DNA of 64,000 nt from NCBI GenBank assembly GCA_000002435.2, contig CM018789.1; one strand, 5' to 3'. Under the pieces are notes generated by a model, which searched no databases, was not told the origin of the DNA, and worked only from the letters and a program-made list of their open reading frames with translations. Each line of letters opens with the position of its first letter. The first letter of the stretch is position 1. Source of the stretch: Giardia intestinalis. Taxonomy: Eukaryota. Both the position numbers and the translations under genes were made by a program. Positions 20,622 to 29,650 of this stretch are shown here, piece after piece.

Positions 20622-21230
20622 ATCGATAAGTGCGAAATAGTCGGTGACGCAGAGATCTGCACCCAGTGCAACGGAGATGGGTCTCAATCTGCCCCGACGG
20701 ACGGAGTGTGCTCAGCAGACAATAACGAGTGTACCCGGAAGCAAGATGGGAAGTGCACACAGTGCGCTAATAGGTCCTTCATGTACAAGGGCGGATGCTA
20801 CAAGGATAGCCAGGCACCTGGCAACACGATGTGTGAAGCAGCAAATGCTGGAGTATGCACACAGGCTAAGGAAGGGTACTTCCTGCTACCAGACGCAGAC
20901 GACTCTCACCAGTCGGTCATACCGTGCGGAGATGACACAGTAGTAACAGTTAGCGGCGATAAGAAGTACAAGGGCGTGCTGCACTGTACTTAGTGTAATA
21001 CACCTGACGCAGCACAGGATACTACTACTCCCAAGGCTGCCACTTGCACGACCTGTGAGGATGGTTTCTTTGTAGATAGTAGTAATAGATGCACTGCTTG
21101 TCCGGAGAACTGCCTGACCTGCACTGGTAAAATAGTCAAGGAAGAAGCCGACGGGGCAACTGCTTACATTGCTACTAATGACTGTATTCAACTTTCTAGT
21201 GAAGGCCCAATCTTTTTAATCCCCGTCTCT
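20622..21230 (+). pseudogene. VSP (variant-specific surface protein) pseudogene fragment: 5'-truncated, one in-frame TAG, 3'-truncated
   Basis: The reading frame from 20622 gives ...CTQCANRSFMYKGGCYKDSQAPGNTMCEAANAGVCTQAKEGYFLLPDADDSHQSVIPCGDDTVVTVSGDKKYKGVLHCT*CNTPDAAQDTTTPKAATCTTCEDGFFVDSSNRCTACPENCLTCTG. This is collinear with the N-terminal third of the intact VSP at 31678-33528 (CGSCKDGYFMYKSGCYNSGGSPGNEMCTSAPEGKCSTPAAGYFIIPTTDADASHQSVVSCSD...KIYKGVEGCAECT). There is no ATG or signal peptide, no TM helix and no CRGKA tail. The frame is broken by a TAG at 20991. Confidence 0.7.
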
Positions 21231-21914
21231 GAGGGGTTTGTCGTCTCCTGTTTCTATCTGCAGCCGCGCCGGGGACAGAGCGGCTCTCGCGGGGCCAGGC
21301 ACCTGGTGTCCTGGGCGGCGCCGGGTCTGAGTGGGTATGCGCCTTCAGCACTGTGGGCGTCCCCCGTCCCTCTCCTGTACAAGGGATCGGTGATGCGTAC
21401 CCCCTCGGTCTGCGTGCGGTTGTCAGTGCCCGTGCCTCGTGGTACCCCGGCTCTTTCAGCCCCAGCTGTCGTGGCGCCCTGCTCCGGCCATATCCCCACG
21501 AGGCCGCGTATTCTTCCATGGGACGGTCCTGGTTCCGTAGAGGCACGCCTGGGCCCACGATTCTCCCTGCGGAGGCCCCGTTGTCTGTGCTACTGGGGTC
21601 TGGGCCATCCGTCTGTACCGCTGCTTCAGGAGTCACATGAGTAAACTGCCTTTCACGTGGCTTTTTATAGAAGTAGACACTGATTGTAATCAACAGGGTC
21701 TAAAGATCTCTCGCCAATTGTACATGTCAGATCCTGTGGATTTTGGAATCCTTGGGTAGCATCCGTGCCCGGCTGATACGCGCGCCTCGGGCTCAGCAAG
21801 CCTGCCGCCCTCCTCCTCTTGCCCCCTGCGAGGACGCCGCCACTGGCTAGGCGCGTGCACAGCTTGTCCATCCGGCCCTTGAGAAGAGCCACATCACACG
21901 AGGAAGGGCGTCGT

Positions 21915-22721
21915 TTACTCGAGGAGAGAGGCGATTGCGTCGTGGCCATGCCTCCTTGCGATGTCGAGGGCGGTGGTGCCGGGCGGGAAGCCGAACCACT
22001 CACGGGTGGTCTGCATGCCCTTCTCCTTGTCCATCAGGAGCCTCGCACACTCCAGGCGGCCACTCTGCGCTGCATGCATGAGCGCTGTCCATCCATTGTT
22101 AGTCTTCATGCCGTCTTCTTTGTCTATTAGAAGCCTCACGCAGTCCGAGCAACCGTTGTCGGCTGCGTGCATGAGGGCAGTCCACCCACTGTTGGCCCTC
22201 ATTCCGCATTCCTTGTCCAGTAGAGCCTCCGCACACTCACAGCGCCCATACTGTGCTGCATACATTAGGGCGGTCTTCCCATCATCCGTTTTCATGCCAC
22301 CCTCCCTCTCCAGGAGGAGCTGCACGAACTCCAGTTTGCCGCGCTGTGCTGCGTACATAAGGGCAGTGGTGCCGTTGTTCCTCCTTTTGCTGCCTTCCCT
22401 CTCCAGCAGGAACTTCGCGCATTCCGGGTGGCCCCCGTACGCCGCCCGCATGAGCGCGGTCTCTCCAAGCTTATTCTGTGTGCTACCTTTCATCTTCAGC
22501 AGAACCTTCACGGCTCTCAGGTTTCCATACTCTGCTGCTGACATGATGTCGGTCTCGACGAAGCCGTATTTCAGCAACAAAAAAGACGAGAGACTCAGCC
22601 CGCTCCTCCCTTGTTGGTGGTAAAACTCTGCGGCTTCATCGATGCTCCTATCAGAAGCAGACCCCTCGGTGTCCTGAGAGCGACGACTCATTTCCGAAGC
22701 CCCAAGCACGTCGCTCGACAT
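21915..22721 (-). CDS. Ankyrin-repeat protein of the Protein 21.1 family (about 268 aa)
   Basis: About six repeats of 33 aa of the Giardia type (TALMxAAxxGxxExVxLLxxxEGG). The ORF track starts at a TTG (22871) inside GC-rich DNA. The first ATG (22721) is preceded by the initiator aagttaaaaATG. Confidence 0.8.
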   Translation of the reverse strand: MSSDVLGASEMSRRSQDTEGSASDRSIDEAAEFYHQQGRSGLSLSSFLLLKYGFVETDIMSAAEYGNLRAVKVLLKMKGSTQNKLGETALMRAAYGGHPECAKFLLEREGSKRRNNGTTALMYAAQRGKLEFVQLLLEREGGMKTDDGKTALMYAAQYGRCECAEALLDKECGMRANSGWTALMHAADNGCSDCVRLLIDKEDGMKTNNGWTALMHAAQSGRLECARLLMDKEKGMQTTREWFGFPPGTTALDIARRHGHDAIASLLE

Positions 22722-22879
22722 TTTTAACTTCGTCTGCTTGCAGGAAGACACTGCCACGGAAACACACACTTTGCTCTCTACTTCATTGAGAACGGTTTGC
22801 CAACTGCTGTCCGAGCATCTCCGTGGGAGCCGCCGCGCTGGGTGGGTCTCCGCTCGCCGTCCGGGGTCCAAATCCAGAG

Positions 22880-23940
22880 TCCGAGGTCGGATGCCCTCGA
22901 TCCCGGCGGAAGAAGAACTCCTATGTCTGCCTCCCCTGGAAGCTGCCGCTCCTCGCGGTGCCCCCTAGGACTTTCCTTCCTTTGGCTAGCTTGGGTCAGC
23001 TCCGTCTGATATCTAGTGAGCACCTGCTATCTCGGATCTTGCGTCAGTCGCGACGATCTGGCCTCCACAGAATCCAAGGCCCTGGTGCTCCATGACGAAG
23101 ATCCCACGCCACGACCCCGGGTGTCCACCCCGTTCCTCGGGGTGCCTCTTCGTCTCCTCGTGGAGGGCACCATCTGTTCCATTCTCAAGGGTGCGCTCCC
23201 CATGCGCCTCTATCTTGAGGTTGTGGTACGCGTTTGTGGATGCCGGCGGAGCACTCCCATGCGTTGTGTCGGGGGAGAGGCCCACCTCTCTGCTCATGGA
23301 TCGCAGAGGTGGTCTGTCACCCAGCACGAGATCATGTCGACGCCCACCCTGTGCAGTGCGTCTGGCTCGGCTGACAGTGTGAGCTGCGTCCATCTGACAG
23401 CACACTTGGAGATGATGCTTCGGTCTGTCGAGGCAGTCAGTCCAGGGCCACCCCTCTGAAGGGTGTCATATGAAGTATCAAGAGCGATCAGGACAGGTTC
23501 ACCGAAGTCGTCTCGCTTGGCGCTCATCTACTCGAGGGTGTCAGGCACTGCCAGCTGCTGCGGCAGACCCTAGGTAGGTGACCCAGACCACCACTCTCGG
23601 TGCGGGCAGGATCAGTCCGCCTCTGCCAGCCAAGCACCCCAACTCCCATCTCTTGTCGAGGGATTCACATGGGTCACGTGTGGATCCATCTCGACCAGCG
23701 TGACAAGTGATTAGTGCCATCACTGGCTTCAGGCTCTCCGTTGCCTTGGGCGTTCCTTGAGACCAGCCAGGAAGGAGGCCTCCTGCTTCTCAGTGTTCCT
23801 ATACTTGTCAGTGTTGACCGTCGAGCCATGTCGCTTCATCAGGCCTGCCGCCTCTGTGGCTACCCCCGTTGCGTCACTGTCGTCACTGTAAAAGATGAGT
23901 GTGTCGTCAGTGTAGGCAATGAGCTTGAAGCGGCTCACTA
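22880..23940 (-). mobile_element. Possible degenerate, 5'-truncated non-LTR retroelement remnant containing a reverse-transcriptase motif-C fragment
   Basis: The short minus-strand ORF at 23729-23938 encodes LIAYTDDTLIFYSDDSD, a tandem Y-x-D-D pattern that matches the RT active-site motif followed by hydrophobic residues. The surrounding 1 kb is GC-rich (unlike nearby genes) and lacks any long ORF, consistent with frameshifted decay. The extent is uncertain. Confidence 0.3.
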
Positions 23941-24207
23941 GACAGCGGCTGATTCAGAGAAGATTAAATAAAGAGAAGGTAAGATTCTTGGAAAGTTAAG
24001 ACGAGAAGTAAGATATTGGCTCTCAGCGTATAGAAACACAAAGTTCCTTCTTTCTTGCCGGAGCTGGATCGCATCCAAATGCTAAATCCTGAATTCCAAA
24101 TTCTGGACTTTTAAACAAACGAAGATGCTATCTGGAATGACAATTCAACTGGGCAGCAACTGGAAAGCCCGTCATAATGAAGCAGAGTAATTCAGTAGTG
24201 CAATTTA

Positions 24208-25716
24208 TTAAGCAAAATACCGATTCTTCTCGATGTCAGCAACAAAGAGCACTCTGTCCTCGCTGCACAGATAAACAGTGTCGATGGTAGGGTAGTCGAT
24301 GAAGTTCCCGTTCATGAGGGCCACCCCTGTCTCGGCCAGAATCGGGTTAACAAGGGGGAGGTACTTATCTAGAAGAAGACGCTTCAGTAGGGGAACAGGG
24401 TCGTCCATCCCTTCGCTGTGCTTCTTGGTGGCGATATCGTACACATCAAGGAACTCTACATATGCACGAACTTGGTCATTGGCAAACCCGTAGGTAAACT
24501 TCTTAAGCTTGACCGCAGAAGAGAAGAGCACGTCGCCCTCAAGGTTGGCCAGAGTTACAGAAGTTTGGTCTGAACTCTTGCTGGCTGTCACAGAGAGGGC
24601 CCCCGTGAGGTTGACCGGTAGTGTAGCCGCCCCGATCCACGGTATGTGGGGTGCGGCATCCTTGGAGGGACTGATCGATAGAGTCAAGGTGACCCCGAGT
24701 CCAAGGTCGCTAACACTGCTTAGTAGTCCGGCCTTCACAAGGGCCTCTGCAAGACCGGGTATGTTCTGCCCCCTGATGGTGCTGTACGGGACAGTGAGAC
24801 TATCTGCCTTGAACTTGTCATACGCCACATGCCAGGCATACAGGTAGGAGTTAACTGATTCCCTGTCTACATAGAACTCATAGTCTCGGTCGGTGTAGAC
24901 CGTCTTCGGAGGGGGAGAGGTGATCTTGTTTGGATAGAGAGCTCTAACCGACCAATCTGGGACAGTGATGATCATTGAAAAGCCACCCTGGTCTGCCACT
25001 ATCTTGTTATCGACGACATTGATGCCGTTGATGTAGCGCTGGTCAGTCAGATAGTCGTCGATCTGGACAACTAAGGGCAGGTTGAGCATTGACTGCTTTA
25101 TTGAATTGAAGATTGTGTTAAAGAGGAGCTGCAGCACAGTGTCCTTTATTAGGGTCTCCAACGTGGGGGCCATGCCTTGGATGGCAGTTGCAAGGACAGA
25201 GCCCCCTGTGTCGAGTCCGATGGCATCGATGTCAAGCCCAGACGAGTACACGACGTTCGATATCTCGGAGAGCCCGAAGTGGTACGGGCAGGTGGGGTCG
25301 TCTCCGAGCCTCAGAGAGATGTCTGCCCCGAAGTCCTTGAGGGTGAATATGCAGTCGACGGTCCCGGTGATCCCGGTGATGACTGCCTTGAGTCGCATCG
25401 AGATCTGCATGAGTCCGTCCCGGGCCTCCATCTTGACAAAGTTGTTATCTTGCAAATAAACCTTCATGGTTGAAACACGCACTGCACGGGGTCTGATATT
25501 GGAGAGAGTAATCTGCAAAGTCCCGACAGTTATGGGTATCTCTGGAAACGCTGGAAGACCAGAAATAATGTCAGGAATGATAGAGTAGCCCTTCTGGCAG
25601 AACTTCTCCAGCCCACGTCTGGTGAAGCGCATTCCCATTCCATGTTCAGGTTCGTTAGTAAAAGGTGTACCCAGGGCACATCCCAAAGTAATAGAAAATA
25701 GTAGTAGTATTAGCAT
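24208..25716 (-). CDS. Secreted protein with N-terminal signal peptide, tentatively BPI/LBP/CETP-like lipid-binding (502 aa)
   Basis: N-terminus MLILLLFSITLGCALG looks like a signal peptide. The region after it (RRGLEKFCQKGYSIIPDIISG...VKMEARDGLMQISMRLKAVITGITG...LRLGDDPTCPY) resembles the start of the BPI N-terminal barrel in spacing and in its single Cys pair. The call is tentative. Confidence 0.6.
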   Translation of the reverse strand: MLILLLFSITLGCALGTPFTNEPEHGMGMRFTRRGLEKFCQKGYSIIPDIISGLPAFPEIPITVGTLQITLSNIRPRAVRVSTMKVYLQDNNFVKMEARDGLMQISMRLKAVITGITGTVDCIFTLKDFGADISLRLGDDPTCPYHFGLSEISNVVYSSGLDIDAIGLDTGGSVLATAIQGMAPTLETLIKDTVLQLLFNTIFNSIKQSMLNLPLVVQIDDYLTDQRYINGINVVDNKIVADQGGFSMIITVPDWSVRALYPNKITSPPPKTVYTDRDYEFYVDRESVNSYLYAWHVAYDKFKADSLTVPYSTIRGQNIPGLAEALVKAGLLSSVSDLGLGVTLTLSISPSKDAAPHIPWIGAATLPVNLTGALSVTASKSSDQTSVTLANLEGDVLFSSAVKLKKFTYGFANDQVRAYVEFLDVYDIATKKHSEGMDDPVPLLKRLLLDKYLPLVNPILAETGVALMNGNFIDYPTIDTVYLCSEDRVLFVADIEKNRYFA

Positions 25717-26543
25717 ATCGATGTGTCAGTGGAGTTATCTAGCAAACTTAATTTTTAATAAATTTAACTATGCAGCACAGAATGCACTGGTTCGCATACC
25801 TCTTACGCTCATTCTGTTTTTAGGAAACATCATGGTCACTTTCAGGAAGACAAAGTAATTGTCTGCATGCTACGGGTTGAACACTAAGCATTCTTATGTT
25901 CGACATACAAAAGATTAGTATCAATAGTATGATCATTATTCACCACACGCATGGCTACTTACCCTAAGACCTTATCAGCTTGGATTGTGCTTTTCTGGTA
26001 ATTACTTAGCGCCATCGAGTGCACCTATTTACGAAGGCAGACTAAATCGTACAAGGCATTAGCTTTGAGCTTATAAGCGCTATAACTTCTGATGGATGAT
26101 TTCATACAGTATGCCCTGTTGTTCTGATGGAGCACTCAATATACCAGACAGATGATTTAGCATGGTATCTCTGCAAACCATATTTACTATTATACTTACG
26201 CACGCGCCCATGCATAAGATAGTATCGTGCTGCGTAGTACAATAAAAGCAGACATATCTTACTTATTCCTGTATTGCAGGAACGTATCACCTGACAATCA
26301 ATGTCACTGGACAAAGAGTTTGTGTGAAGGTATATGTACTTGTATATGAACCTATTAGAAGCAAACACTCGTGGCTCGTAGAGATATTTACAAATAAATT
26401 AGCTTAATGATTCATTATATTATTAAATTCTTGTTAGTAGGCTGTCTAGTGGGAGTGTAGTCGAGTTCACCAACTGCTGGATTGTTCTCACTTGAAAGAC
26501 ACGCCAGGGAGTCCTGCAATGTGTGGTTGGAGTCACTATGTGC

Positions 26544-28601
26544 TTATTTTGAGGACTGCTTAGAAAGAATAGAAAGTACTTCTCTATAGCCTTTCCTCCT
26601 GGCTATGTCTGAGGCTGTTGATTCAGATGGATAGGCCTGATCGTCATCTTCCCAATAGACATTATGAGTAGTTTTTATGTCCCCTTCTTTGCTTGCAAGA
26701 AGTCTCACGCATTCTAGATTGTTATTGCACGTTGCTCTCATAAGAGCGGTTATGCCATTCTTATCTTTCATACAGGCCTCCTTTTTCAGTAAGAGTTTAA
26801 CTGAATTCTGGTTGTTAGATTGAGCTGCATACATGAGGGCAGTACGATCCTCGCTGTTTTGTGCCCCTTCTTCCACGTTCATTAAAAGCCCTACAAGCTC
26901 AGTGTGGTTAGTGAGTGCAGCGTACATAAGAGCAGTCCAACCAGTGTTGTCTTTCATGCCTCCCTCATGCTCCATGAGTAGCTTTACAGCATCGGTATGT
27001 CCATATATTGTTGCGCCCATAAGCGCTGTTCGATTGCATAATGTATACCCATTGATATAGGCTTTCCCTGGAGCCTGACATCTTTTCTGAAGAGGAATCA
27101 AGAGCTTTACGACCTCCACATCCCCTCTATCTGCGGCCCGCATGAGTGCCGTGACTCCATCCTTGTCAGTTGGATCTATGAGCTCCACAATATCCTTATG
27201 TCCCATTCTCGCTGCAAGTGTCAACGCTGTATCTCCGTCTTTATTCATCTTATTTCTGTTATTGTCGATATACTTCTTAGCCGCTCTCGCATCTCCGACA
27301 ACCACAGCATGCATAAGCGGGGTCCAAGAGGAATCACACATGGGAATGAGGTTATTTAGCCTAAAACCCCGAGAAACCTGCATCCTGAGTTCTTCCGTGG
27401 CTTTAGAGAACTGTTGCTGTTGCTGCTGACTATTCTTTTGAAGTGCCTGCAGCTGGGAAATGCAACCCTTACACTGGGTTTCAAGGCCATCAATTCTGCT
27501 TGATCTGGCCCTAACCTCTTTTTGGAGGGAAATTATGTCAGCTGACTGCTTCTCGATAATGCTCTTTAGAGAGCTAATTTCAGTAGATTTGCTGTTGAGC
27601 TTCTCCTTGAGAGAAGTCAGCTCTGCTCTGTGGTTCTCGTTGGAACTATCAAGTGTCTGCTTGAGGATCTCACACTCACGCTGAAGAGATACCACCTGTG
27701 TCCTGAGCTCTTTACTGATCAGTAGTTCTATTAGCGTTTGATCTCTCGCCAGACTAACGAGCTCCTTGGCAGACAGACGGGCCTCGGGATCTAGAACAAG
27801 GATATATCTGAGGAGTTCCCTAAGGAGAGGACTCTGGACAGAGGTTAGATTCGGCTTCCAGTCATTTGTGAATGCTGATTGTGAATCGTCACTATTTGCA
27901 AAGCTTGGTCTGCTCAATGTGGCAAGCTCATAGATGATGCAGCCAAGAGCCCAAACGTCTGACGCAGGACTGTGTTTGCTATAAATAACTTCTTCTGGAG
28001 CAGAATAGGAAAAGATACTTGCACTGACCCCATTTTGTAAGAGCTCTCTGGGAAGCCCGTAGTCTGTGAGGACAAAGTGCTTGCCATTATCACTAGCAAG
28101 GATACTGGTAGGTGTGAGACCTCCGTGGATGATGACTGGGAGGGGCTTTCCGTTGGCAGCTATCTTCCCCGAGTCGTAGAGGTATGCAAGACCAGAGGCT
28201 ACTTGCTCAAGTATGAGAAAAATGTCTTGTTCGGAGACAGGCTGCCTCGCTCTTTTATGCCTATTGATCATGCTCTCAATGGTTTCCCTGTAGCAATCTA
28301 CAACAACGTAGATGAACTCTCCATCGCAGAGTACCTGGTAACACCTGAGGACATGTGGGTGGGAAAGCCTGGTATGAACAAGCAGGTTGCATTGTATATC
28401 CTTTATAATGTCCTCTGTGAAACTATCAAGTTGAATCTCTCTGACAGCTAAGGCTGGGTATCCCTCAAGAGCATAAAGGATTCCGGATGCCCCCCTTCCA
28501 AGTATTTCGCTTAGACAATGCAGAAGGCTTTCAAGCGTAAACTTAGGAATCGAACAGGTATCTTTGGCAGTGGATAGCATGCAGCTGGATGCAGAGGCCA
28601 T
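26544..28601 (-). CDS. NEK-family protein kinase-like protein with coiled-coil region and C-terminal ankyrin repeats. Predicted pseudokinase
   Basis: The ORF track starts at a TTG (28643). The first ATG is at 28601 (MASASSC...). Kinase-fold motifs are present but degenerate: G-loop GRGASG, beta-3 AVREI (Lys replaced by Arg), catalytic loop IIHGGLTPTS in place of HRDLKPEN, DYG in place of DFG, APE retained. The C-terminus has at least 6 Giardia-type ankyrin repeats. Confidence 0.85.
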   Translation of the reverse strand: MASASSCMLSTAKDTCSIPKFTLESLLHCLSEILGRGASGILYALEGYPALAVREIQLDSFTEDIIKDIQCNLLVHTRLSHPHVLRCYQVLCDGEFIYVVVDCYRETIESMINRHKRARQPVSEQDIFLILEQVASGLAYLYDSGKIAANGKPLPVIIHGGLTPTSILASDNGKHFVLTDYGLPRELLQNGVSASIFSYSAPEEVIYSKHSPASDVWALGCIIYELATLSRPSFANSDDSQSAFTNDWKPNLTSVQSPLLRELLRYILVLDPEARLSAKELVSLARDQTLIELLISKELRTQVVSLQRECEILKQTLDSSNENHRAELTSLKEKLNSKSTEISSLKSIIEKQSADIISLQKEVRARSSRIDGLETQCKGCISQLQALQKNSQQQQQQFSKATEELRMQVSRGFRLNNLIPMCDSSWTPLMHAVVVGDARAAKKYIDNNRNKMNKDGDTALTLAARMGHKDIVELIDPTDKDGVTALMRAADRGDVEVVKLLIPLQKRCQAPGKAYINGYTLCNRTALMGATIYGHTDAVKLLMEHEGGMKDNTGWTALMYAALTNHTELVGLLMNVEEGAQNSEDRTALMYAAQSNNQNSVKLLLKKEACMKDKNGITALMRATCNNNLECVRLLASKEGDIKTTHNVYWEDDDQAYPSESTASDIARRKGYREVLSILSKQSSK

Positions 28602-29029
28602 GTGGGTTTTTATTGACTGTGAATTATAGATCCGATTGGGCAATCAATTGAGTTCACCATAGAATTTCAAAGGAATGATGTGTAGTAATGTAAGTCTCAG
28701 TCCATCTAACTAGGAGATATTCCGTATCTGACGATAGAGGGATCTGTTGCAATTGGCGCAACTGATGCCAATCAGCCCTCTCACACGGATCGGATATGTT
28801 TTATCATACTGTAAATCTGACTATATGTCCACTTAGAATCCATATTAATACTCCTAGGCTCGTCATTGTTCAAGAATAAATATGACACTGTAATAGACAG
28901 TTGCACTCAGAATAATCTTCTTGCAGACTGGGACACAGATCAGTTGTTCTCTTCAAGGCTATATTGAACCAAAACCATCTATAGGCTTTATATGCTGATG
29001 ATTCACTCCACTCACTGGTTGTTTCCGGT

Positions 29030-29650
29030 GCTTTGCTGATGGGACCCTCGTCTGGGTGTGGTCCAGAGGTCTCACGAGTGACCCTCGCTCAATTCCTGGC
29101 CAGTCCGGAGACAAAGGTCGACTTTGGATAATATAACGAGAGAGTCCTCTCCAATGATATGTCCAGAGCCTGGTGCGCTCCTCGGTCGTTCCACAAGCGT
29201 GTGCTCAGACCGAATGCGTACATCGGTCCTTTAGGGGTTCAGCTTACTTACCCATCTGCGTCGTCCACCAGTGGCGCCTCTCCTTGGTCTTCCTTCACGG
29301 TGGGTGAAGCTCTGGTCGCCGTCTTTTTTAGATGCTCCCGTCTGACTCGGTGATTGCTGTCGGGGCTCTCCACTGGCCGCCCCTCGGTGTCCATCCGGCT
29401 GTGGTTCTGGGCAGTGGTCCCACAGTCGCGGTTACCTGGGTCCCAGTGGGCCAGCTGGTGGGGAGGCTGGGGTTGCTGGGGCGGTGAGGCCGGAGGGGAC
29501 TGGTGGGACCGGGGGCGGTGTTCATATGTGCCCCTGGGTCTGGTGGGCCATTGGGGTGGTGGGGTGATCGCAGCTGTGGTGACTGGGGGCTGTCCATCTG
29601 TGACTCACCCCTCTGTGTGCTCGTGGTCTGTGAGTGCCTCCACCCAGACA
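29030..29650. repeat. Left arm of a large inverted repeat. Core 29163-29404 is 100% identical to the reverse complement of 31272-31513
   Basis: Compared directly base by base. The outer and inner flanks are alignable but diverged, with indels. Confidence 0.85.

Noticed and set aside
21196-21693. 165-aa ORF in the GC-rich block
   Set aside because: The translation is Arg/Pro/Gly-rich and low-complexity. There is no initiator and the region is off-composition. It is probably non-coding decayed DNA.
21961-22623. 220-aa plus-strand ORF antisense to the ankyrin gene
   Set aside because: It is a mirror of the ankyrin repeats read on the opposite strand, with a low-complexity repetitive translation. 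This is a typical antisense shadow ORF.
26102-26368. 88-aa ORF in the long AT-rich gap
   Set aside because: It is low-complexity (Y/I/K/L-rich) and is driven by the AT-rich composition. It has no coding bias.
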